44,539 nt of DNA from an uncultured bacterium (GCA_964465285.1 CAYXJG010000002.1:1-44539), one strand, 5' to 3'; positions 16,525 through 27,387 are shown, counted from the stretch's first letter. Notes: generated by a model not told the origin, from the letters alone. Made by a program: numbers and translations.

Positions 16525-19137
16525 TCAGGTAAAAATTGCGCCGCCCATGAGCTTGGTGTATCGATACTCCAGTTCTCCTTTAAGGGAAGGCCATTGTTTC
16601 AAGTCTGGATCAGTCACCATAATGTGCTCCGCAGCTTCGCGGGCAAGAGTTAGCACCTCTTGGTCATCTACCAGGCTTGCCAAAGCAAAATCCGGCAACC
16701 CAGACTGGCGCTTGCCCAACACCTCTCCTGGTCCTCGAAAGCGTAAATCCATCTCTGAGATAAAGAAGCCGTCCTGGGACTGTTCGAGCACCTTGAGACG
16801 CTGCTTGGCAGCATCTGCTTTGGAACTGTTCATCAGCAGGCAGTAGGACTGTTCTCCTCCCCGGCCTACGCGCCCCCGGAGCTGGTGCAGTTGCGACAGA
16901 CCAAACCGTTCTGCATGTTCAATGAGCATCACCGTGGCGTTAGGAACATCTACACCCACTTCAACCACGGTAGTGGATACCAGAACCTGGGTCTGGTTCC
17001 CGCGAAACTGCTCAATGGCGGCGTCTTTTTCCACCGAGGTCATGCGCCCATGGAGTAACCCCAGTTTAAACTCTGGGAACACAGTTTCCTGGAGGTGACG
17101 GTATTCCTCAATGGCAGATTTCAAGTCAAGCTTTTCAGACTCATCCACCAGAGGTAGCACGATGTATACCTGACGCGCTTGGGCGACTTCTCGACGTATC
17201 AAGTCATAGGCGTGGGTGCGATCGCGCCCTGTCAGCACGGTGGTTTGAATGGGTTTTCGTCCGGGGGGCAGCTCATCAACCTGGCTCACGTCCAAATCGC
17301 CATGCAGCGTGAGCGCTAGGGTGCGGGGAATAGGGGTGGCTGTCATCGTCAGCACATGGGGGTTGTCGCCTTTCTGCTGGAGCCGTGCCCGCTGGTTGAC
17401 CCCAAACCGATGCTGCTCGTCAATCACCACCAGGCCCAACCGCTGAAACTGAACGGGGTCTTCAATCAGGGCGTGGGTACCGACTAACAGAGGCAGTTCT
17501 CCAGTTTCCAGTTCTCCATGAATCTGCCGCCGCTTGGCAGTTTTCGTTGACCCCGTTAGCAACTCCACCGGCAAATGCAGCAGATTGAACCACTCCACAA
17601 GTTTGCGGTAATGCTGTTCTGCCAGCACCTCGGTGGGGGCCATGAATGCGGCCTGATAGCCCGCCTGGATGGCTGCAAGAATGGACACCACCGCCACGAT
17701 GGTTTTTCCTGACCCTACATCTCCCTGCACCAGACGATTCATGGGCACATCTTTTTGCAAGTCGGTGAGAATGTCGTTGATGACCCGCTGCTGTGCGCCA
17801 GTTAGCTCGAAGGGCAGGAGCTTGTAGAACTGGTCGATGAGATGTCCCGTCGGAGCTAGAACAGCAGTGGTGTGCTGCTGTTGCTGCTGCATTCGTCGCC
17901 TCAGCAGTCCCAGTTGAAGAAAGAAGAATTCATCAAAAATTAACCGACGGCGTGCCAGGGCAAGGGCATTGCTCTCAGGTGGAAAATGGATATGGGCGAT
18001 CGCCTCATGAATTCCAACGAGTCCGTAGTGCTCCAGTACGTCCCCTGGCAGGGGCTCCACTAGTTGAGTTGCGGCGGGCAAAGCGGCAACGACAGCCTTT
18101 CGCACGACATCAGCCGCTACCCCTTCCGTCAGGGGATAGACGGGCACCACGCGCCCCACCTTCATAGAATCAATAGAACTTCCAGCGTGGTCAATGACCT
18201 CGATTTGGGGATCATCCAGGGTCAGACCGTATTTGCTTTTTTTCACCAGGCCCGATGCCGCGACGACGGCTCCAGAAGGATACATGCGGCGGCGCTGTTC
18301 CTGCCATCCCCGGCTCTGGTAGCGCTGCCCTGGATAGAAGCGGCTTAGCTTCAACTGGCCAGTGCTGTCTTTAAGGGTGAGTTCAAAAATCGTGAGCTTG
18401 CGGTTTCGAGGACTGCTGAAGCAGGTGCAGCGGCGCACCGTACCAATGACCGTCACTGTTTCCCCGGCCTGCAACTCCCGGATCTTCACCTGGCGAGCAT
18501 AGTCGATGTGGTCGCGGGGATAGTAGAACAGCACATCCCGCACGGTGAATAGCCCTAGTTTGGCTAACCGTTCGCTGTTTTTGGGGCCAATTCCCGGTAG
18601 ATACGTCACCGCCTGGTCGAGGGTGATGCGGGAGTGCTTTTGTTGGGCGTCGATAGGCACCGTTTTGGGAACCTTTGCCTTGGGATGGTGGGATGAAGGG
18701 GCGATCGCCCCATTCCCCTGGGAACCCATTTTTGACCCACTGCCATCGTGCGGAACAGAGGTTGTTTGCGATCCAGGGTGAGCGACAGCTTCCAGCATTC
18801 GCTGGCTGCTGTATAGGGTTCGCCGGGTCTCTGCCACTAGATGTTGCCGCTGGGCAAAGCTCAAGCCATCGTAGTGCTCAAACTGCTCTGCTAGGGACTG
18901 CCACCGCTGCTGTTCTGCCTGGGGTAGCTGGCAGGGGGGCTGCCCCAGGCGTTGGTGCAAGAACTGGCTAAAGCGCTGTTCCCGCCCCATCATGTCATTA
19001 AATCCGTCATCAGCCTCAAACGACAGCGCCTTACGCAGCCGATCAACTCCCTTCAAATCCTGGGTGATATCGGCTGCCGAGGACTGGGGGGACGAGGGGG
19101 AAGTCGCCGACTGATGAACGTCAATCATCACTCTCAT
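16525..19137 (-). CDS. recG: ATP-dependent DNA helicase RecG
   Basis: Wedge/OB region followed by helicase motifs GDVGSGKT, VIDEQHRFGV, MTATPIPRTLA, QLHQLRGRVGRG. Start taken at ATG 19137 (or 19128), overlapping the upstream gene's stop. Confidence 0.9.
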   Translation of the reverse strand: MRVMIDVHQSATSPSSPQSSAADITQDLKGVDRLRKALSFEADDGFNDMMGREQRFSQFLHQRLGQPPCQLPQAEQQRWQSLAEQFEHYDGLSFAQRQHLVAETRRTLYSSQRMLEAVAHPGSQTTSVPHDGSGSKMGSQGNGAIAPSSHHPKAKVPKTVPIDAQQKHSRITLDQAVTYLPGIGPKNSERLAKLGLFTVRDVLFYYPRDHIDYARQVKIRELQAGETVTVIGTVRRCTCFSSPRNRKLTIFELTLKDSTGQLKLSRFYPGQRYQSRGWQEQRRRMYPSGAVVAASGLVKKSKYGLTLDDPQIEVIDHAGSSIDSMKVGRVVPVYPLTEGVAADVVRKAVVAALPAATQLVEPLPGDVLEHYGLVGIHEAIAHIHFPPESNALALARRRLIFDEFFFLQLGLLRRRMQQQQQHTTAVLAPTGHLIDQFYKLLPFELTGAQQRVINDILTDLQKDVPMNRLVQGDVGSGKTIVAVVSILAAIQAGYQAAFMAPTEVLAEQHYRKLVEWFNLLHLPVELLTGSTKTAKRRQIHGELETGELPLLVGTHALIEDPVQFQRLGLVVIDEQHRFGVNQRARLQQKGDNPHVLTMTATPIPRTLALTLHGDLDVSQVDELPPGRKPIQTTVLTGRDRTHAYDLIRREVAQARQVYIVLPLVDESEKLDLKSAIEEYRHLQETVFPEFKLGLLHGRMTSVEKDAAIEQFRGNQTQVLVSTTVVEVGVDVPNATVMLIEHAERFGLSQLHQLRGRVGRGGEQSYCLLMNSSKADAAKQRLKVLEQSQDGFFISEMDLRFRGPGEVLGKRQSGLPDFALASLVDDQEVLTLAREAAEHIMVTDPDLKQWPSLKGELEYRYTKLMGGAIFT

Positions 19138-20473
19138 ACCATGTAGATCGCCAGGTTGCTTCAGCATCCGCGACACATTTCTCTCGCTGGAGCTTTCGGT
19201 AGCTTTTCTCCAATGACCGCAGTTGAGCCGCCAATTCACGAATGCGCGATCGCCACGCCATCAGGGTGGGATTGTTAAATTCTAGTTCTTCTACCCGCAA
19301 TCGGACTGCCATCACCTGCATTAATTTTGGGTTGTCGCTATTGCCATTCGTTTCGACTAAGAGGCTTAGCACATTGGGCGAGCCCTCGGCCTCGCTCGAC
19401 GACAGCTCAGATTTAAGAACAGCTTCCAGGACGGCATCAGGTAGCTTCTTGGGCAGGATGCCAGAGGATTGCAGAAGCTCATTTGTCTTATCTGTTGCCC
19501 GTTTTACAATTTTCTGGATTTGGCTTTCCAAGCGCTCACAGCGGCGCACCAGTGCTTTAGGTGTGGGGCGCACAGGGGTCAGGGCAGGCATGGGAGGAAC
19601 GTGCTGATGAGCACCGTTAGACGATGCCACCGCATTCGCTGCATCATCCACCGCATTCGCTGCATCATGGGCATCCGGTGCAGCCATGCCGGACACGGCC
19701 TGAACAGGCGCAGCAGAATTAACATCAAGGGCTGTCAATTCTGGAGATGATGCCCCATCTAAGTCACTGGGTTCTGCGCCATCATCTACATTGTCATCTG
19801 TAAAGGAAACATGCACTGAAAAACTCTGAATATCCAAATCATTATCGTCTTCATCATCGTCGTCGGCGTCGGCGTCGGTATCCTCGTCCTCGTCTGAGTA
19901 GACAAACTGAGTATCAGCCAGGAAATCGAGAGCTACATTTTCAGGAATAATCAGCGCTTCCATCCGACCTGGAGGGCGATCGCCCTCCCCGCCTCCATCC
20001 TCATCAGAGTCTTCTCCACTCGACAAGGGGCGAAACGGAGCCTCGTCATCGTCCCTGCCCTCCTTATGAGACTCTTCAGCCAACATGCGCCGCACAAAGG
20101 CTGAAAGATTTCGCAGCATGGCATTATTGTCAAAGTCGTCGGTTTCCTCTTCAATGCCGTCAGCCTCTTTGGAAAAGGGAGCCGTGAGTGCATCCAATTG
20201 AGTGGGATTCAGCAAATTCTGCCGGGTTGTCTTGGCAAGGGTCTGGATAGCTTGCTGGAGGTGCTGGCGATCGCCCACAGATAGCTTAAGAAATCGTTGG
20301 GGGTATCCCTGGGTACATAGCCGATAGGTAGTCAAAACGATTTGTTGCTGAACCGCATTGCTGAGAACCGCTAAATATTCAACATACGTTTCACCCAACT
20401 CTTGGGCGATCGCAATCAACTCCTGCTCAAGATCATCAATATCTTGCTCAATGCGAGTAATTGCACGTGCCAT
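19121..20473 (-). CDS. Hypothetical protein: helical N- and C-terminal regions around an extremely acidic low-complexity core
   Basis: 450-aa ORF from MARAITRIEQDIDDLEQEL, with AAAGG 8 nt upstream of the ATG. Central run SDEDEDTDADADDDDEDDNDLD. C-terminal predicted coiled coil. Its 3' end overlaps the recG start. I recognise no family. Confidence 0.55.
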   Translation of the reverse strand: MARAITRIEQDIDDLEQELIAIAQELGETYVEYLAVLSNAVQQQIVLTTYRLCTQGYPQRFLKLSVGDRQHLQQAIQTLAKTTRQNLLNPTQLDALTAPFSKEADGIEEETDDFDNNAMLRNLSAFVRRMLAEESHKEGRDDDEAPFRPLSSGEDSDEDGGGEGDRPPGRMEALIIPENVALDFLADTQFVYSDEDEDTDADADDDDEDDNDLDIQSFSVHVSFTDDNVDDGAEPSDLDGASSPELTALDVNSAAPVQAVSGMAAPDAHDAANAVDDAANAVASSNGAHQHVPPMPALTPVRPTPKALVRRCERLESQIQKIVKRATDKTNELLQSSGILPKKLPDAVLEAVLKSELSSSEAEGSPNVLSLLVETNGNSDNPKLMQVMAVRLRVEELEFNNPTLMAWRSRIRELAAQLRSLEKSYRKLQREKCVADAEATWRSTWYESDD

Positions 20474-20609
20474 AGATTTTACCTTTCGTGGATTCCTCAT
20501 CCCTTGATGTCATCAGCATAACAAAACATTATTCAGACCATTAGAGCCTGTCCAAAAACTCACTAGAGTTTTTGGAATCTATTCCCCTGATAGGTTTTTC
20601 GAATAAATG

Positions 20610-20715
20610 CTTAGGATCAAAGATTAAATAAAATCTAATGTTAGTGGAGCGGCGCGGCACAGCTGCGCCGCCCTACTAACACTGGGTTCAAGTTATTTAA
20701 TTCTCGTTCCTTAGG
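20610..20715. mobile_element. MITE family G, copy G2, flanked by direct repeat GAATAAATG(CTTAGGA)
   Basis: CTTAGGATCAAAGATTAAATAAAATC..TTAGTGGAGCGGCGCGGCACAGCTGCGCCGCCCTACTAA..AGTTATTTAATTCTCGTTCCTTAGG. Flanking repeats at 20601-20616 and 20716-20731. Confidence 0.7.
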
Positions 20716-20735
20716 GAATAAATGCTTAGGAAAGT

Positions 20736-20840
20736 TATAGCGGTGTTCAAATTGATTGAGCATACCCAGGATTTGTTGTGAAGCGGCGCAGAGCGCCGCT
20801 TCACAACAACCTGTACTTAACGCGCTTGCACAGCGCCATA
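20736..20840 (+). mobile_element. MITE family B, copy B4
   Basis: TATAGCGGTGTTCAAATTGATTGAGCATACCC..GTTGTGAAGCGGCGCAGAGCGCCGCTTCACAAC..CTGTACTTAACGCGCTTGCACAGCGCCATA. Confidence 0.8.
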
Positions 20841-20860
20841 ACAAACAAATATATCAGGAA

Positions 20861-20893
20861 CACATCGGGGGCACATCGGGGGCACATCAGGGG
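20861..20893. repeat. 11-bp tandem repeat x3 (CACATCGGGGG)
   Basis: CACATCGGGGG CACATCGGGGG CACATCAGGGG, directly abutting MITE H. Confidence 0.85.
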
Positions 20894-20986
20894 TATAGAA
20901 ATCCGAAATGGATTGTGAGAGTCGGGGCGGGCTCAGCCCGCCCCGACTCTCACAATCCATTTCACAAATCACTTAGGAACGCTATA
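20894..20986. mobile_element. MITE-like element, family H (TATAG...GCTATA termini)
   Basis: Long perfect hairpin AAATGGATTGTGAGAGTCGGGGCGGGC-TCA-GCCCGCCCCGACTCTCACAATCCATTT. Single copy in the window, with the same architecture as families C and D. Confidence 0.55.
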
Positions 20987-21046
20987 TGACACCTCATACC
21001 TCTGATAAAAACATATGCACTACTCTTCTACTGTTCGATCAAAACT

Positions 21047-21150
21047 CACGACTGGGCAACGTTCTCAAATTCACAACGAAAAGATAAGAGTTTGGGGCGC
21101 GCTCAGCGCGCCCCAAACTCTTATCTTTTCGTGAAACTTGCCAAGTCGTG
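21047..21150 (-). mobile_element. MITE family A, copy A5 (inverted orientation)
   Basis: CACGACTGGGCAACGTTCTCAAATTCACAACGAAAAGATAAGAGTTTGGGGCGCGC-TCA-GCGCGCCCCAAACTCTTATCTTTTCGTGAAACTTGCCAAGTCGTG. Confidence 0.8.
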
Positions 21151-21360
21151 CCTTATATTTAGAATTAAGTCTTTAGAGCCAGCAGATAACCAGGCAGCTA
21201 TACTGCCACAGGCTACATTTTTAAATTGGGGAAATCCTCCGCTAAGCACAGGACTTCCTCAATTTAAAGATTAAGGTTATGACCTGGCAAAGTGTAGCCA
21301 CCATTCGCCTGGCAGTCCATTGGGATACAGACCTTCCAAGACAGGATATGCCCTAGATGG

Positions 21361-22212
21361 TTACTTTTTCTTCTTTTTAGAACCACCCTTTTTAGGGGCC
21401 TTCGCCGACTTAGGAGCAGCATTAGAAGCGCCAGCCTCAGACGCTTCAGCCTCAGAAGTCTCAGCAGCAGATGGCTGAGTCGGAGTTTCTTCTTTCTCAG
21501 CTTCTTCGACAACCTCCTCCGTCACACCAGCAGCGTCAGATTCAGCTTTTTTGTTCAGGGCTGCTGTCTGTGCAGCAACTTCAGCTGCAAAATCAGTCTC
21601 TTCCTTCTCAATGCCCTCACCCAAAACAAACCGGACAAACCGACGAATTTGGATGTTCTCACCAAGCTGACCTGCTGATTGCTTCACCAATTCATCCACA
21701 GTAATGCTCTGGTCGCGAATGTAGGGTTGGTCAAGCAGTGAAAGTTCTTTGAGACGCTTTTCGATCCGGCCCATGACAATTTTTTCTCGAATGTTTTCAG
21801 GCTTATTCGCCAGATCCTCTCGCCCCATTTCGACCGCCTTTTCCTTTTCAGCCATGCCTTTTGGAATATCATCAACGCTAACGTATTCTACATTCGGGCA
21901 TGCCGCGATTTGCATGGCGATATTACGGACAAGAGCCTGGAAGTCTTCATTTCGCGCTACAAAGTCAGTCTGACAATTCACCTCGACGAGAACGCCGATG
22001 CGCCCCCCCGTGTGGATGTAGCTGTCAACCAGTCCTTCGGCAGCAACCTTGCCTGCCTTTTTCTCTGCGGACGCAATTCCCTTTTGCCGCAGCCACTCAA
22101 TCGCTTTTTCGATATCACCGTCAACTTCTTTGAGCGCTTTTTTGCAATCCATCATGCCAGCGCCAGTTTTCTCACGAAGTTCCTTGACGAGTTTTGCAGA
22201 AATCTCAGCCAT
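21361..22212 (-). CDS. tsf: Translation elongation factor Ts with ~68-aa low-complexity C-terminal tail
   Basis: [27 protein letters not shown] (UBA-like N domain) and [16 protein letters not shown]. Tail ends ..[18 protein letters not shown]. Lies downstream of rpsB. Confidence 0.95.
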   Translation of the reverse strand: MAEISAKLVKELREKTGAGMMDCKKALKEVDGDIEKAIEWLRQKGIASAEKKAGKVAAEGLVDSYIHTGGRIGVLVEVNCQTDFVARNEDFQALVRNIAMQIAACPNVEYVSVDDIPKGMAEKEKAVEMGREDLANKPENIREKIVMGRIEKRLKELSLLDQPYIRDQSITVDELVKQSAGQLGENIQIRRFVRFVLGEGIEKEETDFAAEVAAQTAALNKKAESDAAGVTEEVVEEAEKEETPTQPSAAETSEAEASEAGASNAAPKSAKAPKKGGSKKKKK

Positions 22213-22475
22213 GTTTTACGTCCTAGTCTGTTCACTCACAATTATGATGTCAGAGCTATTTTGTCACTGTGTGGTCACAACAAAGGAATGAAAATTAAAT
22301 TGCCAGGCATAAAACTTGAGAGGATAGCACGGCACTGCCGCGCCGCCCTCCCAAAGTTCGAGACCATTCAATTCCTGTCCCTCAGTTAATCAATAGCAAT
22401 GGTTAAAACACTATCAGCCTTAATGACTAACTTAACGTGACGCTGCCAACATCCGCCATTCATAATGAATTGCAA

Positions 22476-23288
22476 TTAGTTGCTGTCACTGTCATCTTCT
22501 TCTGAACCTTCTGAGTCAGACTCCTCCTCATTGTCGTAGTCTTCCTCAGCACCGTCGTAATCATCATACATATCGACGTCATCATCATCATCGCCGCTAG
22601 TTAGCTCGCCGTGACGCCCTTCATAAATAGCGTCTGCTAGCTTGCCGATAATCAGCTTGATAGAGCGAATCGCATCATCATTTGCAGGGATAGGGATATC
22701 AACAACATCCGGGTCACAATTTGTATCTAGTAGCGAAACAATGGGAATCCCCAATTTTTCGCATTCCTGAACAGCGTTGTACTCCCGCTTCTGATCAACA
22801 ATGACGACGATATCCGGCACTTGGCGCATCATCTTAAGGCCACCCAGGTACTTCTGCAATTTCTCTAGTTCTCTCCGAAGAACAGCTGCCTCTTTCTTTG
22901 GAAGTAGATCCAGCGCTCCCGTTTCCTGGCGACGCTCCAATTCCTTCAGGCGATCAATCCGGGTTTTGATCGTCGTCCAGTTTGTTAACATTCCGCCCAG
23001 CCATCGTTGATTGACGTAGTAGGAACCGCAGCGAGCTGCTTCCTGAGCGATAATCCCAGCGGCCTGGCGCTTTGTTCCAACAAATAAAACTCGGCTACCC
23101 TTCTCTGTAGCATCGCGCATGAAACTGTAGGCTTCTTCCATGAGTTGCGCGGTTTGCACCAGGTCGATAATATGAACGCCATTCCGTGCTGTGTAAATGT
23201 ATTGCGACATTTTGGGATTCCAGCGGCGCGTCTGGTGTCCAAAGTGAACTCCTGACTCAAGCAGTTGAGCCAATGAAACAACAGGCAT
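22476..23288 (-). CDS. rpsB: 30S ribosomal protein S2 with acidic C-terminal tail
   Basis: [27 protein letters not shown], preceded by AAGGAGAAAAAT. The upstream in-frame ORF extension runs into MITE F1. Confidence 0.95.
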   Translation of the reverse strand: MPVVSLAQLLESGVHFGHQTRRWNPKMSQYIYTARNGVHIIDLVQTAQLMEEAYSFMRDATEKGSRVLFVGTKRQAAGIIAQEAARCGSYYVNQRWLGGMLTNWTTIKTRIDRLKELERRQETGALDLLPKKEAAVLRRELEKLQKYLGGLKMMRQVPDIVVIVDQKREYNAVQECEKLGIPIVSLLDTNCDPDVVDIPIPANDDAIRSIKLIIGKLADAIYEGRHGELTSGDDDDDVDMYDDYDGAEEDYDNEEESDSEGSEEDDSDSN

Positions 23289-23434
23289 ATTTTTCTCCTT
23301 ATTCGGGTTTATCCTCCATCTGGCTTGTATCTCCTTAAATACAGAGACACCCGAAGAACCAGATGTGCGAAATTTAGACAACCTTTTTAAGGTAGCACAA
23401 TTGATCCTTTGGAATAATACTGCCTGGTGAGGAT

Positions 23435-23556
23435 CAGCAATTCTCATTATGGAAATCTAGGGAGCAAAAAGGTCGCCTGAGGCGACCTTTTTGCTCCCTA
23501 GACTTGTACAAGTGAGCGCCTGTAGGGCGCGAAGCTTCCTAAAATGAGAATTGCTG
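23435..23556. mobile_element. MITE family F, copy F1, with perfect 9-bp target-site duplication GGTGAGGAT
   Basis: TIRs CAGCAATTCTCATT / AATGAGAATTGCTG. Internal hairpins CTAGGGAGCAAAAAGGTCGCC-TGA-GGCGACCTTTTTGCTCCCTAG and GCGCC-TGTAG-GGCGC. TSD at 23426-23434 and 23557-23565. Confidence 0.85.
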
Positions 23557-23697
23557 GGTGAGGATGTTGGAAATCTCCTCCTGGATTTCAGGTTACGTGG
23601 GTGTCCGGTGAGTAGAGATATGGTGGCAACACTGATAACCTAGAGGATGTCCAACTCATTCGGTCTTGTTCACGCAGTGATTTCCAAAATGGTGACT

Positions 23698-26600
23698 ATG
23701 ACGAACGCATTTCTAAACCGCCTCTACAGTCCTGATCGCCCCGTCATTGTGTTCGACGGAGCAATGGGAACGTCTTTACAGACCCAAAACCTCACCGCCG
23801 AAGACTTTGGGGGCGCGAAGTATGAAGGGTGTAACGAATATCTAGTCATCACTAACCCTGAAGCCGTGAAGAAAGTCCACCGGGGATTTTTAGACGTGGG
23901 TGCTGATGTGGTCGAAACGGATACCTTTGGCGGCACCTCGATTGTGTTGGCGGAGTACGATTTGGGCGATCGCGCCTACGCACTCAACAAACGCGCCGCC
24001 GAGCTCGCCAAAGAAGTCGCCATCGAATACTCCACTCCCGACAAGCCTCGCTTCGTTGCTGGATCGATGGGGCCGGGCACCAAGTTACCCACCCTGGGGC
24101 ACATCGACTTCGACACCATGAAGGACGCCTACGTGGAGCAAGCACGGGGACTGATCGATGGCGGTGCCGACCTGTTGATTGTCGAAACCTGCCAGGACGT
24201 GCTGCAAATCAAAGCCGCCCTCAACAGCGTCATGGACGCCTTCGAGCAGACCGGGCAACGCCTCCCCCTCATGGTCTCTGTCACCGTCGAACAACAGGGC
24301 ACCCTGCTGGTGGGCACCGAAATCAGTGCCGCCCTCACCATTCTGGAACCCTACCCCATCGACATCCTGGGTCTCAACTGCGCCACAGGCCCCGACTTGA
24401 TGAAGGAGCACATCAAGCACCTGGCAGAGCACTCTCCCTTCGTCGTCTCTTGCATCCCCAACGCCGGACTGCCTGAAAACGTCGGTGGACAAGCCCACTA
24501 TCGCCTCACCCCGATGGAACTGCGCATGGCGCTCATGCACTTCGTTGAAGACCTGGGTGTGCAGGTCATTGGTGGCTGTTGCGGCACCCGCCCCGACCAC
24601 ATCCAGCAACTCGCCGAAATCGCCAAGGAGCTGACGCCCAAAGAGCGCCCCATCCGTCAGTCTTCCCTGATCAATGATGATGGTGTAATCAATGATGATG
24701 GTGTAAGAGCGAATGGTCATTCACCCCTACAGGGTGTGCGGAACCCCCTCAACTACATCCCCTCCGCTGCCTCCATCTACGCCACCCAGCCCTACGACCA
24801 GGACAACTCCTTTCTGATCATCGGCGAACGTCTGAACGCCAGCGGTTCCAAAAAATGCCGCGAAATGCTAAATGACGAAGATTGGGATGGCCTTGTCGCC
24901 CTTGCTAAATCCCAAGTGAAGGAGGGTGCCCATATTCTCGATGTGAACGTAGACTATGTGGGGCGGGATGGCGAGAAAGATATGCACGAATTGGTGTCCC
25001 GCCTCGTTACCAATATCACCCTGCCCCTGATGCTCGACTCCACTGAGTGGACGAAGATGGAAGCCGGACTTAAGGTGGCTGGGGGCAAGTGCATCCTCAA
25101 CTCCACCAACTATGAAGATGGGGACGAACGCTTCTTCAAGGTGCTGGAACTGGCGAAGAAGTATGGCGCGGGCATTGTTGTTGGCACCATTGACGAAGAC
25201 GGCATGGCTCGAACCGCAGAGAAGAAATTTGCGATCGCCCAACGCGCCTACCGCGACAGCCTCGAATACGGCATCCCCCCCCACGAAATCTTCTACGACC
25301 CCCTTGCCCTGCCCATTTCCACCGGAATCGAGGAAGACCGGGTGAATGGACGGGAAACTATCAAAGCCATGCAGATGATCCGTGAGAATTTGCCCGGTGT
25401 CCACATCGTCCTGGGTGTGTCAAACGTCTCCTTCGGCCTCAACCCCGTGGCGCGCATCGTGCTGAACTCCATGTTCCTGCACGAATCCATACAGGTGGGA
25501 ATGGATGCGGCGATCGTCAGTGCCGCCAAGATTCTGCCCCTCGCCAAAATCGACCCCGACCACCAAAAAATCTGCCGAGATCTTATCTACGATCGCCGTG
25601 AATACGACGATGCCGGCATCTGCACCTATGATCCCCTGACCAAACTCACCACCCTGTTCGAGGGCGTGAAAAAAGACGCCATCAAGCGCACTGCCACAAA
25701 AGATTTGCCTCTGGAAGACCAACTCAAGCAGCACATTATCGATGGTGAACGCCAAGGGCTCGAAGAGGTACTAGAAAAAGCTCTGCAAAAGCATCCCCCC
25801 CTCGACATCATCAATATTTACTTACTCGATGGCATGAAGACCGTGGGTGAACTATTCGGATCTGGACAGATGCAGCTTCCCTTCGTGCTCCAGTCTGCTG
25901 AGACGATGAAATCTGCCGTCGCTTATCTGGAACCCTATATGGAGAAGGCCGAAGGCGATGCCGGGAAGGGCATCTTCCTGATCGCCACGGTAAAAGGTGA
26001 TGTCCATGACATCGGCAAAAACCTGGTAGACATCATTCTGTCGAACAACGGCTACAAAGTCGTTAACTTGGGTATTAAGCAACCTGTGGACGCTATCATT
26101 GACGCCTATAGAAAACACAATGCTGACTGTATTGCCATGAGTGGCCTCTTGGTGAAATCTACTGCCTTCATGAAAGACAACCTAGCAACCTTCAACGAAG
26201 AGGGCATTACCGTACCTGTCATTCTGGGGGGTGCCGCCCTCACCCCCAAATTCGTTAACGAAGACTGCCAGAACGTTTACAAAGGACGGGTTGTCTATGG
26301 CAAAGATGCCTTCTCGGATCTCCACTTCATGGACAAACTCATGCCCGCCAAGAAATCAGAGGAATGGGACGACCTGAAAGGTTTCTTAGGCGAAGACTCT
26401 CCCAACGGCTCAACAACTCCATCTACGAACGGTAAGGGTGAGGCTAGCCAACCGCTCGACACGGCACAAGCACCGATCCCATTAAAACCTGCCTCCTCAG
26501 CCACTCCAGAAGCCGAAGACATCACTCGTTCTGAAGCCGTCACCCTCGACACCGGTCGCCCTACCCCACCTTTCTGGGGCACCAAAATCCTTAACCCCGA

Positions 26601-27387
26601 AGACATCCCCATGGAGGAAGTCTTCGATTATCTCGACCTGCAAGCCCTCATCGCCGGGCAGTGGCAGTTCCGCAAACCCAAAGACAAGTCCCGCGAAGAA
26701 TACGACGATTTTCTAGCTGAAACGGTGTACCCCATCCTGGAGCATTGGAAGCAGCGCATTCTCAACGAAAATCTGCTGCATCCTCAAGTGGTCTATGGCT
26801 ATTTTCCCTGTCTCGCCGACGGGAACTCGCTGCATATCTATGACCCTACAGTGGGAGCACACGGCTGTACGCCTTTACCGGAACCAGTGGCAACATTCAA
26901 GTTCCCCCGGCAAAAGTCTCTGCGTCGCCTCTGCATTGCTGACTTCTATATGCCCAAAGATTCGGAACCTGCACACTTCGATGTGTTCCCCATGCAGGCA
27001 GTGACCGTAGGCGACATTGCCACCAACTTTGCCAAGAAGCTGTTTGAATCTGACCAGTACACTGACTACCTCTACTACTACGGGTTGTCTGTCCAGATGG
27101 CAGAAGCTGTGGCAGAGTGGACCCATGCCCGCATTCGCCATGAACTCGGCTTTGGCGCAAAAGACCCCGAGAACGTTCGGGATATTCTGGCGCAGCGCTA
27201 TCAGGGTTCCCGCTATAGTTTTGGTTATCCTGCCTGTCCCAATATCCAGGATCAGTACATCCTGCTGGATTTACTGGATGCGGAGCGGATCGATTTGGTT
27301 ATGGATGAGAGCGAGCAGTTGTATCCAGAGCAATCGACCACGGCGATCGTGGCGTATCACCCTGCTGCCAAATACTTTAGTGCTTAG
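23698..27387 (+). CDS. metH: Cobalamin-dependent methionine synthase MetH (start 23698; alternatives 23689 and 23647)
   Basis: Hcy-binding domain [14 protein letters not shown], pterin-binding domain, B12-binding motif GDVHDIGKN, and C-terminal AdoMet-activation domain. Confidence 0.95.
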   Translation: MTNAFLNRLYSPDRPVIVFDGAMGTSLQTQNLTAEDFGGAKYEGCNEYLVITNPEAVKKVHRGFLDVGADVVETDTFGGTSIVLAEYDLGDRAYALNKRAAELAKEVAIEYSTPDKPRFVAGSMGPGTKLPTLGHIDFDTMKDAYVEQARGLIDGGADLLIVETCQDVLQIKAALNSVMDAFEQTGQRLPLMVSVTVEQQGTLLVGTEISAALTILEPYPIDILGLNCATGPDLMKEHIKHLAEHSPFVVSCIPNAGLPENVGGQAHYRLTPMELRMALMHFVEDLGVQVIGGCCGTRPDHIQQLAEIAKELTPKERPIRQSSLINDDGVINDDGVRANGHSPLQGVRNPLNYIPSAASIYATQPYDQDNSFLIIGERLNASGSKKCREMLNDEDWDGLVALAKSQVKEGAHILDVNVDYVGRDGEKDMHELVSRLVTNITLPLMLDSTEWTKMEAGLKVAGGKCILNSTNYEDGDERFFKVLELAKKYGAGIVVGTIDEDGMARTAEKKFAIAQRAYRDSLEYGIPPHEIFYDPLALPISTGIEEDRVNGRETIKAMQMIRENLPGVHIVLGVSNVSFGLNPVARIVLNSMFLHESIQVGMDAAIVSAAKILPLAKIDPDHQKICRDLIYDRREYDDAGICTYDPLTKLTTLFEGVKKDAIKRTATKDLPLEDQLKQHIIDGERQGLEEVLEKALQKHPPLDIINIYLLDGMKTVGELFGSGQMQLPFVLQSAETMKSAVAYLEPYMEKAEGDAGKGIFLIATVKGDVHDIGKNLVDIILSNNGYKVVNLGIKQPVDAIIDAYRKHNADCIAMSGLLVKSTAFMKDNLATFNEEGITVPVILGGAALTPKFVNEDCQNVYKGRVVYGKDAFSDLHFMDKLMPAKKSEEWDDLKGFLGEDSPNGSTTPSTNGKGEASQPLDTAQAPIPLKPASSATPEAEDITRSEAVTLDTGRPTPPFWGTKILNPEDIPMEEVFDYLDLQALIAGQWQFRKPKDKSREEYDDFLAETVYPILEHWKQRILNENLLHPQVVYGYFPCLADGNSLHIYDPTVGAHGCTPLPEPVATFKFPRQKSLRRLCIADFYMPKDSEPAHFDVFPMQAVTVGDIATNFAKKLFESDQYTDYLYYYGLSVQMAEAVAEWTHARIRHELGFGAKDPENVRDILAQRYQGSRYSFGYPACPNIQDQYILLDLLDAERIDLVMDESEQLYPEQSTTAIVAYHPAAKYFSA

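Noticed and set aside
19138-19239. Upstream extension of the recG ORF (MNWRLNCGHWRK...)
   Set aside because: It overlaps the C-terminal coding part of the upstream gene in another frame. Internal ATGs at 19137 and 19128 give a normal overlap-coupled start.
20601-21150. Cluster of palindromic repeats considered as a possible CRISPR array
   Set aside because: The repeats belong to different families (G, B, H, A), are about 100 bp long, have TIRs and TSDs, and lack regular repeat-spacer periodicity. No cas genes are in the window.
23289-23447. 53-aa upstream extension of rpsB
   Set aside because: It runs into MITE F1. The conserved S2 N-terminus [11 protein letters not shown] has a strong AAGGAG ribosome-binding site.
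23557-23697. Possible cobalamin riboswitch or leader upstream of metH
   Set aside because: I found no B12-box-like core or multi-stem junction. B12 riboswitches normally control metE or B12 uptake rather than the B12-dependent metH.
24085-24720. 211-aa minus-strand ORF inside metH
   Set aside because: It is antisense to a clearly conserved MetH domain and has low-complexity Gly/Asp/Val-rich content. Other small ORFs within 23.7-27.4 kb are rejected for the same reason.
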